DNA from: a virus
Taxonomy: Duplodnaviria; Heunggongvirae; Uroviricota; Caudoviricetes
Strand: one strand, 5' to 3'
Length of the DNA: 24,518 nt
Virus record (IMG/VR): IMGVR_UViG_2778261643_000010
Shown: in pieces, positions 10,591 to 20,430 of the stretch
Layout: the number at the start of each line of letters is the position of its first letter
How positions within the stretch are numbered: position 1 is the first letter of the stretch
Translations under genes and position numbers: made by a program
The notes under the pieces: generated by a model
Told to the model about the DNA's origin: nothing
Databases searched by the model: none
The model's input: only the letters and a program-made list of their open reading frames with translations

Positions 10591-13500
10591 CTATATTTTT
10601 CCGCCTACGCCTTTAAACTTCTCAATAAACGAGACGATTTTCTGGAAAACTGCCTGTTTTTTCGTTTTATATTGCGGATTCAACGGACTAAGTTTTGGTA
10701 ATGTTTCGTTTAATTCTGTGCCATTTTCGGTGGCGTATTCGCGTTTTAAAGACGTGCGAATATAGCGTTTTGCTGCTTCTTCATTGAGGTTTTCTTCTTT
10801 TATCAATGCTTCTGCTTCACGTTGCTGTTCGCGTTGAGCAAACGTAAAGAATGCCTCAATGATACTGGCTTTGTCTGGTAAATCATCCAGGTTCGTTTGC
10901 TGAATAAAATCGACCACCAGGCCCTCTTTCGCCCGGTTTCCCAGGCTTGAACGAATTAAGCGTTTGACCTCTTCGATCATTTCGCCCTTGCCTTTATTTT
11001 GTCTGTTGTGTTCGAAAATCAGTCCAAGGATATAATCCAGGTTTATTTCCTGAGACTTCAGCAAATCGACCTCAAAAACTACATCATCCCAGTCAGTGGT
11101 TGATTTCTCTTTTTTCTCAGCTTCTTTCTCACGGCGCTGCCAGTCGCGAATATCGTTATAGGCAGAACGATAATCCTGAATCTTGCGATCAGCAGGGAGA
11201 CGAATTGTTTGCAATTCAGCGAACTTTTCATCATCCACATAATGTTCTGCTTTGAATTTTTCTACCGCAACAGGATCGCTAAGATCGATTTGTTGCAGGG
11301 CTTTTAGCGTGGCAAATTCATCATAGTTTTGCAGGATGTTCTCGGCACGCAGGTATTCGCCAAACAGTTTAACGAAGTCTTTCTTCTCTTTTTCACTTTC
11401 AATACTGGTAGGGTCAGGGAACCGTTGTTCCAGTTCTGAAACTACTGTCATGAAGCCGCGTTTAGCTTCACCAGTGGCAGCATCAGTAAAGCCTTCCATA
11501 TACTCTGCATAACTCTTTTCTAAAACCACATTTTTGGTATTTTTGTCACCAAACAGCGTTATGGCATCAATGGTTGAGCGTTCCAGATCCCGGAACGTGA
11601 CGATATTACCGAAGGTTTTAGTCGCGTCATAAATGCGGTTGGTGCGGGAGAATGCCTGCATCAGGCCGTGAAAACGCAAGTTTTTATCGACGAATAGCGT
11701 GTTCAATGTTGGAGCGTCGAAGCCGGTTAAAAACATCCCAACGACAATTAACAGATCGATATCCTGATTTTTAACCCGTTGGGCTAAATCACGATAGTAG
11801 TTCTGAAAACCGTTACTGTCGGTACTGAAGTTAGTTTTAAAATAGCTGTTATATTCACGAATTGCAGCGTCGAGAAACTCTTTAGCACTGCTGTCCATTG
11901 CGCTGGTATCAAAAGTTTCATCGGAAATTTCACCAATGGCATTTTGTTCTTCATTAGCGGCAAAGGAGAAGATTGTCGCAACACGTAGTGGTTTATAGGT
12001 AGCAGATTTATAAGCGGCTTCCTCTTGTAACCGTTTAAACGTCGCGTAATAGGCTTTCGCGGCATCCACGCTGCTCACTGCCAGCATGGCATTAAAACCT
12101 TTGGAGCCAGGGAAAGTACGGTGGGTTTTCTGGCGGAAGTTATTCAGGATATATTGCGTAATTTCCTGAATACGCATGGGATGAAGGAACGCCTGCTGAT
12201 TTTCAGCCGCACTCAGTTTTTTCTCGTCAGTTTCTGTCTCTAAAGACTTAAACTGTGGCCGCACATCGTTGTAGTCCACCTTGAATTTAAGCACTTTTTC
12301 ATCACGAATCGCATCGGTAATAACATATGAATGCAATTCACGGCCAAATACGCTGGCGGTCGTTTCTGAGCCTAAGGCGTTTTCCGGGAAAATAGGTGTG
12401 CCGGTAAAACCAAACTGATAATAGCGTTTGAATTTCTTCTTCAGGTTTTTCTGTGCTTCTCCAAACTGGCTGCGGTGACATTCATCAAATATAAACACCA
12501 CTTGCTGATTGTATACAGGCAGGTCGCTTTCTGCTTTCATCAGGTTATTAAGTTTCTGAATAGTGGTGACGATAATTTTGTTATCGTCCTTATCCAGATT
12601 TCGTTTAAGACCTGCGGTATTTTCCGAGCCGTTGACGCTGTCTGGCGAAAAACGCTGATATTCCTTCATGGTCTGGTAATCGAGGTCTTTCCTGTCGACC
12701 ACAAAGAAAACTTTATCAATAAAGTCCAGTTCTGTTGCCAGACGCGCGGCTTTAAAGCTGGTCAGGGTTTTACCGGAACCCGTGGTGTGCCAGATATACC
12801 CACCGCTTTCCGGTTTTGACCAGTTCTTCGCTGTAAAGGAGCTCTTAATTTTCCACAGAATGCGCTCGGTGGCGGCAATCTGGTACGGTCGCATCACCAG
12901 TAGCGTCTGACTACTGTCAAAAACGCTGTAGTTCACCAGAACATTCAGCAGAGTATGTTTCTGGAAAAAGGTAGCGGTAAAATCTTTGAGGTCTTTAATC
13001 AGCGTGTTGTCTGATTTCGCCCAGTTCATGGTGAAGTCAAAACTATTTTTATCGCGCTTTGTGGTGTTGGCAAAGTAACGGGTATCGGTGCCGTTAGAAA
13101 TGACAAACAGTTGCAGATACTTAAACAGGGAATTTTCGCTGTTAAAACTCTCTTTACTGTAACGATGTATCTGGTTGAAAGCCTCACGAATCGCCACGCC
13201 GCGCTTTTTCAGTTCGATTTGCACCAGAGGCAAGCCATTAACCAGGATAGTTACGTCATAACGGTTAGCGTGAGAACCTGCCTGTTCAAACTGCTGGATA
13301 ATCTGCACTTTGTTGCGCATGAGATTCTTTTTATCTATCAGATAGATGTTCTCAAGACGCCCGTCGTCAAAAATAAAGTCGCAAATATAGTCGATATGGA
13401 TTTTACGGGTCTTATCCAGAATGCCATCGCTCGGGTTGTCCAGATACTGCTCCGTGAAACGCCGCCACTCGCTGTCATTAAACACCACACCATTGAGGCT

Positions 13501-13707
13501 CTGAAGCTGTTCCCGAACATTGGACAGCATAGCCGACTGAGATTTTACGGATATAAATTCATAGCCCTGATTCCGCAGGTCCTGAATCAGTTCACGTTCC
13601 AGGTCCGATTCGCTCTGGTAGCTGTCGCCTGTTGGCTCAGCTTTGATGTACTTATCAAGGACGATAAAGTTATTGGATTCAGCAATAGTGTGTGTCTGAT
13701 GAGTCAT
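10591..13707 (-). CDS. hsdR: Type I restriction enzyme R subunit (HsdR), EcoR124-family (Type IC)
   Basis: Walker A motif [11 protein letters not shown] and DEAD-like [10 protein letters not shown] are present. The ORF track begins at 13767, but ATG 13707 ([11 protein letters not shown]) has an AAGGA ribosome-binding site and gives about 1038 aa, the length I recall for EcoR124I HsdR. Confidence 0.9.
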   Translation of the reverse strand: MTHQTHTIAESNNFIVLDKYIKAEPTGDSYQSESDLERELIQDLRNQGYEFISVKSQSAMLSNVREQLQSLNGVVFNDSEWRRFTEQYLDNPSDGILDKTRKIHIDYICDFIFDDGRLENIYLIDKKNLMRNKVQIIQQFEQAGSHANRYDVTILVNGLPLVQIELKKRGVAIREAFNQIHRYSKESFNSENSLFKYLQLFVISNGTDTRYFANTTKRDKNSFDFTMNWAKSDNTLIKDLKDFTATFFQKHTLLNVLVNYSVFDSSQTLLVMRPYQIAATERILWKIKSSFTAKNWSKPESGGYIWHTTGSGKTLTSFKAARLATELDFIDKVFFVVDRKDLDYQTMKEYQRFSPDSVNGSENTAGLKRNLDKDDNKIIVTTIQKLNNLMKAESDLPVYNQQVVFIFDECHRSQFGEAQKNLKKKFKRYYQFGFTGTPIFPENALGSETTASVFGRELHSYVITDAIRDEKVLKFKVDYNDVRPQFKSLETETDEKKLSAAENQQAFLHPMRIQEITQYILNNFRQKTHRTFPGSKGFNAMLAVSSVDAAKAYYATFKRLQEEAAYKSATYKPLRVATIFSFAANEEQNAIGEISDETFDTSAMDSSAKEFLDAAIREYNSYFKTNFSTDSNGFQNYYRDLAQRVKNQDIDLLIVVGMFLTGFDAPTLNTLFVDKNLRFHGLMQAFSRTNRIYDATKTFGNIVTFRDLERSTIDAITLFGDKNTKNVVLEKSYAEYMEGFTDAATGEAKRGFMTVVSELEQRFPDPTSIESEKEKKDFVKLFGEYLRAENILQNYDEFATLKALQQIDLSDPVAVEKFKAEHYVDDEKFAELQTIRLPADRKIQDYRSAYNDIRDWQRREKEAEKKEKSTTDWDDVVFEVDLLKSQEINLDYILGLIFEHNRQNKGKGEMIEEVKRLIRSSLGNRAKEGLVVDFIQQTNLDDLPDKASIIEAFFTFAQREQQREAEALIKEENLNEEAAKRYIRTSLKREYATENGTELNETLPKLSPLNPQYKTKKQAVFQKIVSFIEKFKGVGGKI

Positions 13708-13828
13708 AGCGCATCCTTTGTGCCGTCTGGCAAGGGCCGGAAGGGAGTTAAGGGTGACTTCCGGCACGTAAAAAATAGTCTATATACAGACCGGATGTTA
13801 AGGTGGTCCGGTCGGTAGCAATGGTCAA

Positions 13829-15085
13829 TTAATTACTGACAGTTTCAGGTTTCGGGAAACTGAACAGTAAGTCACGATAGTACTCGTATTGTTTCTGGCG
13901 CAACTCGATTTCACGCGGGAGACCTTCGGTGATGGAGTTGGTCAGGGTGTCGAATTTATCGAGCAGAGCAGATATTCGCTCTTGTTTCTGTTTATCAGGC
14001 AATGGCACTGGTAATGTTTTTATAATATCTGCATTCAAGTTACTGACCGACCCGCTATTGATTTTACTTTCCCAATAATTTTTCACCTTTTTTGATGAAA
14101 GATAGTGATACAGATAATCAGCATTTAATTTTTCACCAAAATTGCTGATTGATGCCCATCCATCATGGATAGCTCCGGTTATCCTTAAAATATATGGTCT
14201 GCCAAAGCTCATAGAGTTAGAAATGACGAAATCACCGGGGTTCAAGATTCGCGATTTTTGGGCACCCTCTGCAGTTATTTTTTGTAAGGTTTTGTCAATG
14301 TATTTAGAGCCGGGGATAGTATCTCCGATTTTAATCCATGGGATACCATTTCCTTGTTCAGTAAGATAATTAACAATTGGCCTGGGGGATGCCCCACGTT
14401 GTATTTTGGCTACTTCTCCCAATGCCTTCCACTCAACCTCACCCTCTTTAAAACTCAGCAACTGGTCGCGATAGTAGTTGTACTGTTTTTTACGCATGTT
14501 AAGCTCAGCGGTAAGCTCAGCGGTAAGTGCAGTAAATTTGTCCAGAATCCGAACGATTTCAGACTGGATGGCGAGGGATTTTTCCGGATTATCCGGGCAG
14601 GGAATTGGGATGAGTAGTTTTGACATCAATGCATTTGAGCTTAGATTCGGTTGTGCTCCGCCCCCGGCGAGGATATAAATAGTCTCTGTATTTAACAATA
14701 AAAAATGGTATAAATAATTATTGTTTAGAATATTTTCTTTGGGTATGAATTTTCCAACCCGTTGGTTAAGATAACATTTTGTTCCTTTTTTATAAATTCC
14801 CACTTTTCCTGTAGTGGCACCTGACATTGCAATCAATATATTTCCCATAGATACCTCAAAGGAGGATAAATCTTCCTTGTAATCATTTAGTGAAAAGTAT
14901 TTCACCTCATCTAAGTCAACATTAAATCCATCTATATTTGTGATTCTAACTATCGGTAACCCAGTTTCTTTAAATAAGCTGCTTTTAAATGCAAATCCAT
15001 TTTTAAAATCACAAACATCCTTCAAGGGTTTCCACTCAACCTCAACCCCATCCAGCAATTTTTCCAGATAACTCAACTCGCTCAT
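13829..15085 (-). CDS. hsdS: Type I R-M specificity subunit (HsdS) with two target-recognition domains and a central TAEL-repeat region
   Basis: It has the conserved central block [54 protein letters not shown] and a conserved C-terminal block. The start overlaps the hsdM stop (ATGA). Confidence 0.9.
   Translation of the reverse strand: MSELSYLEKLLDGVEVEWKPLKDVCDFKNGFAFKSSLFKETGLPIVRITNIDGFNVDLDEVKYFSLNDYKEDLSSFEVSMGNILIAMSGATTGKVGIYKKGTKCYLNQRVGKFIPKENILNNNYLYHFLLLNTETIYILAGGGAQPNLSSNALMSKLLIPIPCPDNPEKSLAIQSEIVRILDKFTALTAELTAELNMRKKQYNYYRDQLLSFKEGEVEWKALGEVAKIQRGASPRPIVNYLTEQGNGIPWIKIGDTIPGSKYIDKTLQKITAEGAQKSRILNPGDFVISNSMSFGRPYILRITGAIHDGWASISNFGEKLNADYLYHYLSSKKVKNYWESKINSGSVSNLNADIIKTLPVPLPDKQKQERISALLDKFDTLTNSITEGLPREIELRQKQYEYYRDLLFSFPKPETVSN
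14501..14536. repeat. Two perfect 12-bp tandem repeats (AAGCTCAGCGGT) plus a degenerate third unit, encoding LTAEL-TAEL in hsdS
   Basis: Direct reading of 14501-14512 and 14513-14524, then the diverged unit AAGTGCAGTAAA. Confidence 0.85.
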
Positions 15086-16638
15086 TTCTGCACCTCGCAG
15101 CCTTCAATTTCAGCCACAATCGCATCAATATCTTTACGCAACTGGTCGATTTTGCTGACCGTGATTTTCAGCTCTGCATTCAACTCAGCGATATCGATAA
15201 TTTCGCGAGTATCTTTCGCTTCAACATAGCTGCTCACCGACAGGTTATAGTCATTAGCAACAACGGTCTCAAACGCGACTGATTTCGCCAGATGAGCAAC
15301 ATCTTCCTTGCTGGCAAATACCTGCATAATCTGTTCGATATGGGCATCGGTCAGGATATTGTTGTTGGTCTCTTTTTTGAATAGTTCGCTGGCGTCAATA
15401 AACTGAACTTTTGTATCTGTTTTATGTTTAGACAACACCAGAATGTTTACGGCAATGGTGGTGCCAAAGAACAGGTTCGGTGCCAGTGAAATCACGGTTT
15501 CGACATAGTTATTATCAACCAGATACTGACGGATTTTCTGCTCCGCGCCGCCACGGTAAAAAATACCCGGGAAGCAAACAATCGCAGCACGACCTTTGGC
15601 AGAAAGATAGTTCAGCGCATGTAGTACAAAGGCGAAGTCAGCTTTTGATTTGGGGGCCAGAACGCCAGCCGGGGCAAAACGTTCATCGTTAATCAGCGTC
15701 GGGTCATCGCTGCCAATCCATTTCACCGAATACGGCGGGTTAGAAACGATGGCATCAAACGGTTTTTCATCTCTGAAGTGTGGTTCAGTCAGCGTATTGC
15801 CCAGCTTGATATCAAACTTGTCGTAGTTGATGTTGTGCAAAAACATGTTCATACGCGCCAGGTTATAGGTCGTATGGTTGATTTCCTGACCAAAAAAACC
15901 TTCTTCGATGATATGGTCATCAAACTGTTTTTTAGCCTGCAACAACAGCGAACCGGAGCCTGCTGCCGGGTCGTAGATTTTGTTAACGTGGGTCTGCCCG
16001 TGCATAGCCAGTTGTGCAATCAGCTTAGAGACGTGCTGCGGTGTAAAGAACTCGCCGCCGGACTTACCGGCATTCGCGGCATAGTTAGAAATCAGGAACT
16101 CATAGGCGTCACCGAACAGATCAATCTGATGTTCGGTGAAGTCACCAAGTTTTAACCCTTCAACCCCTTTCAGAACCGCAGCCAGGCGGGCATTTTTATC
16201 TTTAACGGTGTTACCCAGGCGGTTACTGGTGGTATCGAAATCAGCAAACAAACCTTTGATGTCTGCTTCTGAAGGGTAGCCGTAAGCAGAACTTTCGATA
16301 GCAACGAAGATACTGTTTAAATCTGCATTCAGTCTGTCATTGGTATTTGCTTTCGCAGCTACGTTGCAGAAAAGCTGGCTTGGGTAGATGAAGTAGCCTT
16401 TGGTTTTGATGGCATCGTCTTTAATGTCATCAGTAATTACGCTGTCATCCAGTGCTGCATAACAGATGCTGTCATCATCGGCTTCCATATAGCTGGAAAA
16501 ATTTTCGCTGATAAAACGATAAAAAAGCGCGCCCAGAACGTACTGCTTAAAATCCCATCCATCGACTGAACCCCTGACATCGTTAGCAATTTGCCAGATC
16601 TGGCGATGAAGTTCTGCACGTTGTTGAATACTTGTCAT
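15082..16638 (-). CDS. hsdM: Type I R-M N6-adenine DNA methyltransferase (HsdM)
   Basis: Contains the AdoMet-binding motif [11 protein letters not shown] and the catalytic motif VSNPPYS. Confidence 0.9.
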   Translation of the reverse strand: MTSIQQRAELHRQIWQIANDVRGSVDGWDFKQYVLGALFYRFISENFSSYMEADDDSICYAALDDSVITDDIKDDAIKTKGYFIYPSQLFCNVAAKANTNDRLNADLNSIFVAIESSAYGYPSEADIKGLFADFDTTSNRLGNTVKDKNARLAAVLKGVEGLKLGDFTEHQIDLFGDAYEFLISNYAANAGKSGGEFFTPQHVSKLIAQLAMHGQTHVNKIYDPAAGSGSLLLQAKKQFDDHIIEEGFFGQEINHTTYNLARMNMFLHNINYDKFDIKLGNTLTEPHFRDEKPFDAIVSNPPYSVKWIGSDDPTLINDERFAPAGVLAPKSKADFAFVLHALNYLSAKGRAAIVCFPGIFYRGGAEQKIRQYLVDNNYVETVISLAPNLFFGTTIAVNILVLSKHKTDTKVQFIDASELFKKETNNNILTDAHIEQIMQVFASKEDVAHLAKSVAFETVVANDYNLSVSSYVEAKDTREIIDIAELNAELKITVSKIDQLRKDIDAIVAEIEGCEVQK

Positions 16639-16768
16639 TTTCTTCCACTTATTTCAGGCTTAAGTAATTGGCGGTGATTCTACAGCAACTTTGATGCTTT
16701 AGCAGTTCGGACATTAGGCAACGAATGACCTAATTAGAGCTTTTTGGAAAAGCGGTATTGTCGGTGCG

Positions 16769-16993
16769 ATGATAGCTATGTTTGGGTTCGCGATGGTGCA
16801 ATACAATGACGGTGAAAAGGTAAGCATCCAGTCTGATGGCTGGTATGGGCTGGATAGCCTGCAAAAAACCGCAGATAAAGCCTGTCAGCAATATGGAAAG
16901 TCTAAAGCCGTATATCAGCATAGCGCGAACGCTAATCCACATCTCGCGCCCGGCACGGGCGTTCAGAACACTATTTGGAAATGCGAACCATAA
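16769..16993 (+). CDS. Hypothetical small protein (74 aa)
   Basis: ORF only; no clear ribosome-binding site. It overlaps an antisense ORF (16730-16942), so the coding status is uncertain. Confidence 0.25.
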   Translation: MIAMFGFAMVQYNDGEKVSIQSDGWYGLDSLQKTADKACQQYGKSKAVYQHSANANPHLAPGTGVQNTIWKCEP

Positions 16994-17176
16994 CGCAGGT
17001 TGGCTTTTTACATCTTGGGCCGAATACTGATTCCGCGCTAAGTTGTTTGTGCGGAAGTGACACTGTGGAGCTTAGAAATAGTAAATACTGGTGGGCAACA
17101 AATTGAGCCTTCACACGCTCACCAGCACACACAAAAAATGGTTAAACAGCAAGGGAATTAATATCTCAGCGCGACA

Positions 17177-17314
17177 TTAAATAAGCCAGCGCACGCCTCT
17201 GTTTATCACTGACTTGAAAAACCATATCAGAACCACGATGAAGACAATCGCCAGCACTTGGCTAAGAACAGGCGCATTTAAAAATGCACTTAGAAACTGA
17301 AAAAATACAATCAT
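17177..17314 (-). CDS. Candidate small membrane protein (45 aa, MIVFFQFLSAFLNAPVLSQVLAIVFIVVLIWFFKSVINRGVRWLI)
   Basis: Has GAGGA eight nt upstream of the ATG and is strongly hydrophobic. It lies in an otherwise gene-poor spacer. Confidence 0.3.
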   Translation of the reverse strand: MIVFFQFLSAFLNAPVLSQVLAIVFIVVLIWFFKSVINRGVRWLI

Positions 17315-17782
17315 CAGGGTAATCCTCGTCAAATGTAAAGCTGTGTGCTCTCACGTTGACGTAGAAACCCAACCTCTATATAGTTGGATTCGGTGAAAGA
17401 AAGTCGTTAACGTGAACTTACGGCACATGTTTTCGGTATAAAAATCAGGGAACTGTGAATTCCTTGATGTAGTTGGGGCCTGTAATGCAGGCCCTATCTA
17501 TTAATGTCATGATTACATCTCAAATTTTCTCCTTATCATTATTATTTAATAAAATTCAATTAATAAAATATCCATTTCCTGTGTGTGCAAACACAGTATG
17601 AGGAAAATGGCCTCGTTGCAAGTGCATAACTTTGTGGATAACTCTGAAGGCGAATTTACATTTCGGCGCACCGCAAGCCAGATAAGCTGTGCGCAAAAAG
17701 CAATGGGGTGAGAAAAAAACTTTGAAGATATTGCGGCGACTAAATAATAGCCGTTATTCAATTATTCTGGATGGGATTTAAT

Positions 17783-18022
17783 ATGAACGAATGGAACATA
17801 GCAGCCAAAAGCCAGGAAGAAAGGAATAAAGTTAACGTTGACCTGGCTGCCAGGGGGGTTGCCTACAAAGAGCGATTGAACATACCTGTCATAGCTGAAC
17901 AGGTAGCCCGCGAGCAACCAGAGAATCTGCGCACCTATTTCATGGAACGTCTACGGCACTACCGGCAGTTAAGCCTCCAGTTGCCAAAAGGGAACGATCC
18001 GGCATATCAGAAAACAGAATAG
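17783..18022 (+). CDS. hot: Homolog of DNA polymerase III theta subunit (HolE-like; P1 Hot-like)
   Basis: [42 protein letters not shown] closely parallels E. coli theta as I remember it. The annotated ORF starts at 17771; ATG 17783 is preferred. Confidence 0.75.
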   Translation: MNEWNIAAKSQEERNKVNVDLAARGVAYKERLNIPVIAEQVAREQPENLRTYFMERLRHYRQLSLQLPKGNDPAYQKTE

Positions 18023-18033
18023 TTGTTAGGCTA

Positions 18034-18396
18034 TTACGCAATGCCCGCGCCATTCATAGCGGGTTTTAAGCCATATTCACCGTTGTAGAAATTACTCATG
18101 TTCCATTCATTGGGAAGCTCTTTTCTGTCCAATGTATAGTGGCGTACGATATAACGATCTTCATCTTCTTCGATGGACAGGCGGACATAGCCAATGTGAA
18201 TTACCGATACGGGCGGCGTCCGTATTGCATAGATGTCGCGGAGATATACCGGTAGCTCGACAAATGCGTCAGGTGCATCTGTGATGCTCATTTTTTCACA
18301 GTATTCATATAACGCATCGTTGATATCGTTAAGAGATTCATGATCGTATATTTCCAGGTAATTACCGCGATCGCGATGGTACTCGATTTTAGCCAT
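18034..18396 (-). CDS. Hypothetical protein (120 aa)
   Basis: ORF whose start abuts the stop of the upstream gene at 18397, so the two form an operon. Confidence 0.5.
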   Translation of the reverse strand: MAKIEYHRDRGNYLEIYDHESLNDINDALYEYCEKMSITDAPDAFVELPVYLRDIYAIRTPPVSVIHIGYVRLSIEEDEDRYIVRHYTLDRKELPNEWNMSNFYNGEYGLKPAMNGAGIA

Positions 18397-18981
18397 TCAA
18401 AATCCCCTGTTATCGTTTTGCATTTCTCTAATCCGGTTCAGAACTACTTCATGCTGGGCTTGGATAGCGGCTTTTTCGTTTTCAAGTCGGGCAATAGACA
18501 TCTCTAATTCTTTGCTGTACCAGGCGAGTTGGGCCAGGTTCATCCGGTTGTGGTCGAGAGTTGGAGACACTTCGACGCGATCCCTTTCTTCCTGCTTTAA
18601 TGAGAAGAGATTCATCTCATCCCTAGAGGAAAATTCAGCAACAATTTCTTGTTGATGATCCGGTCGCTGCGGCATCCTCGCCAGTATAAATGGCGGTTCT
18701 TTTGAAAACATGAATGTCGGTTCATAACGTGTTTTTACCCAGCTTGCCTGCTGTCTTTCGGCAAGTTCACAGGCTTCATCATAGTTATTTGCCAAACCAA
18801 GCACGGATGGACGGTCCCACGCCCCACCATTCAGACAATAAACTACAATTTTCCCGTCAGGTTGTGTAACCCCATATGGATGGTCCCACCAGGCGTCCAA
18901 CTGAGCTTTAGAGCGTTTCTCGTTAGGAGTGCAGTCAAAATTTTTGGGCAATACAGGATCGAGAGGAATGCGGGCAGGCAT
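18397..18981 (-). CDS. Hypothetical protein (194 aa), divergent from humD
   Basis: ORF with a C-terminal predicted coiled coil. Confidence 0.5.
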   Translation of the reverse strand: MPARIPLDPVLPKNFDCTPNEKRSKAQLDAWWDHPYGVTQPDGKIVVYCLNGGAWDRPSVLGLANNYDEACELAERQQASWVKTRYEPTFMFSKEPPFILARMPQRPDHQQEIVAEFSSRDEMNLFSLKQEERDRVEVSPTLDHNRMNLAQLAWYSKELEMSIARLENEKAAIQAQHEVVLNRIREMQNDNRGF

Positions 18982-19116
18982 AGCTAATTCCTTATTAACT
19001 GATTGGCAACGAGGTTACGCTGATCCGTTGGTGATGAATAGTAGCAAAGCGCACAAAATCATCTGCGGTGGTTGATGTACATAACGCGTTTGCACCAAAG
19101 GTGTCTCTTTAATGTA

Positions 19117-19136
19117 TGCTGTATAAATGAACAGTA
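19117..19136. promoter_or_regulatory. LexA (SOS) box TGCTGTATAAATGAACAGTA
   Basis: A perfect CTGT-N8-ACAG core overlapping a TATAAA -10-like hexamer, 20 bp upstream of the humD start. Confidence 0.75.
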
Positions 19137-19155
19137 TTATTGAGGTGAAAACGCT

Positions 19156-19545
19156 ATGGGCTTCCCTTCTCCTGCGGCGGATTATGTTGAAAGCAGAATT
19201 TCTCTTGATCAGCAACTAATCAGGCATCCATCAGCGACCTACTTCATGCGGGCGGCAGACAGCCATCACCGCGAGGGAATATTGCAGGGTGCTTTGCTGG
19301 TGGTTGATTCTTCGCTTACTCCAGTTGATGGTTCGCTGCTTGTGTGCGCTATGGAGGGTGAATATCGCATAAAGAGATACCGAAAGTATCCGCGCCAGCA
19401 CCTGGAGGATTTAAGCACCGGGAAGAAAGAGGCGTTACCAGTAGATGACGATGGTTACACGGGCAGTAATGCTGTTTTTGGTGTGATCACTCATGTCATC
19501 AATGATGCCCGAAGTGGGGAATTTGATGATTGTCCGGTTATTTAA
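19156..19545 (+). CDS. humD: UmuD'-like S24 peptidase-fold protein
   Basis: The N-terminus GFPSPAADYVE...LIRHPSATYF is the signature of the UmuD/MucA/ImpA family. GAGGTG ribosome-binding site. Confidence 0.8.
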   Translation: MGFPSPAADYVESRISLDQQLIRHPSATYFMRAADSHHREGILQGALLVVDSSLTPVDGSLLVCAMEGEYRIKRYRKYPRQHLEDLSTGKKEALPVDDDGYTGSNAVFGVITHVINDARSGEFDDCPVI

Positions 19546-19585
19546 GCTGCAAAGTGCTGGTGCTTTATGCCTGTGAAGTTTATAA

Positions 19586-19610
19586 TTGTGTACACATAAC
19601 GAGTACACGA
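19586..19610. promoter_or_regulatory. Putative Phd/Doc autoregulatory operator (10-bp palindrome TGTGTACACA plus GTACAC half-site) beside a TATAAT -10
   Basis: Perfect palindrome directly downstream of TATAAT (19581-19586). Confidence 0.45.
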
Positions 19611-19617
19611 GGTGTTT

Positions 19618-19839
19618 ATGCAATCCATTAACTTCCGTACCGCGCGCGGCAACCTTTCTGAAGTGCTCAACAATGTTGAAGCCGGGGAAGAGGTTGAAAT
19701 CACCCGCAGAGGCCGTGAGCCAGCAGTAATTGTCAGCAAGGCTACTTTTGAAGCCTACAAAAAAGCGGCGCTGGATGCTGAATTTGCATCCCTGTTTGAC
19801 ACCCTGGACTCCACCAACAAGGAACTGGTTAACCGATAA
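19618..19839 (+). CDS. phd: Phd antitoxin (prevent-host-death), 73 aa
   Basis: [41 protein letters not shown] is the Phd/YefM fold and appears near-identical to P1 Phd from memory. TAATG overlap with doc. Confidence 0.9.
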   Translation: MQSINFRTARGNLSEVLNNVEAGEEVEITRRGREPAVIVSKATFEAYKKAALDAEFASLFDTLDSTNKELVNR

Positions 19840-20219
19840 TGAGGCATATATCACCGGAAGAACTTATTGCGCTTCATGATGCGAATATAAACCGCTACGG
19901 CGGCTTGCCGGGAATGTCAGATCCGGGTAGGGCAGAGGCCATTATCGGGAGAGTTCAGGCCAGAGTTGCCTACGAAGAGATCACCGACCTTTTCGAAGTC
20001 TCCGCCACCTACCTGGTGGCTACAGCGAGAGGGCATATATTCAATGATGCCAATAAGCGTACCGCGCTAAACAGTGCGCTGTTATTTCTACGCCGTAACG
20101 GGGTGCAGGTATTTGATTCACCTGAACTGGCAGACCTTACCGTAGGGGCTGCGACCGGAGAGATATCTGTATCTTCTGTCGCCGACACGTTACGTAGATT
20201 GTATGGTTCCGCGGAGTAG
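19839..20219 (+). CDS. doc: Doc toxin (Fic-fold kinase), 126 aa
   Basis: Contains the Fic-type motif [11 protein letters not shown]. Same size and position as P1 Doc. Confidence 0.9.
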   Translation: MRHISPEELIALHDANINRYGGLPGMSDPGRAEAIIGRVQARVAYEEITDLFEVSATYLVATARGHIFNDANKRTALNSALLFLRRNGVQVFDSPELADLTVGAATGEISVSSVADTLRRLYGSAE

Positions 20220-20223
20220 ATTA

Positions 20224-20403
20224 ATGGCACGTAAATACAACAAATTGTCCCGTGAAGCGTTAAAGATGCTTCTTGATGGCGTGAGTCGCCGCGAGGTAAA
20301 GCAATACCTGGTTGGTAAGCAAATTGGTGCCAGGACCGCTATTGCTGTGTTATGCCGTCAGGAAATGGTTGTGCTTAAACAGAGAATGCCGGGCAGCAGA
20401 TAA
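20224..20403 (+). CDS. Small basic hypothetical protein (60 aa), in the position of the P1 post-doc gene
   Basis: ORF with GCGGAG upstream of the ATG. Confidence 0.4.
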   Translation: MARKYNKLSREALKMLLDGVSRREVKQYLVGKQIGARTAIAVLCRQEMVVLKQRMPGSR

Positions 20404-20430
20404 AGCCCAATCAGTGATTAAAGGTGTGAT

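Noticed and set aside
11784-13818. ORFs antisense or out of frame within hsdR (11784-12065 minus, 12475-12819 plus, 13111-13818 plus, 13338-13520 minus)
   Set aside because: They are shadow ORFs inside a well-supported 1038-aa helicase gene, with no ribosome-binding site or motif.
14501-14536. Short tandem repeats as a possible CRISPR array or VNTR
   Set aside because: There are only two or three 12-bp units with no spacers, inside hsdS in frame. This is the known TAEL spacer repeat, not CRISPR.
14142-16619. ORFs antisense or out of frame within hsdS and hsdM (14142-14369, 14354-14617, 14478-14678, 15480-15692, 15778-16155, 16437-16619)
   Set aside because: Shadow ORFs overlapping the methyltransferase and specificity genes.
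16729-16745. A GCTCTAAT core (reverse orientation) upstream of hsdM as another operator
   Set aside because: Only about 11 of 17 positions match the consensus. Too weak to call.
17584-17601. CTGTGTGTGCAAACACAG as a second LexA box upstream of hot
   Set aside because: The CTGT and ACAG arms are separated by 10 bp rather than 8, so it does not fit the LexA consensus. It is only noted as a palindrome.
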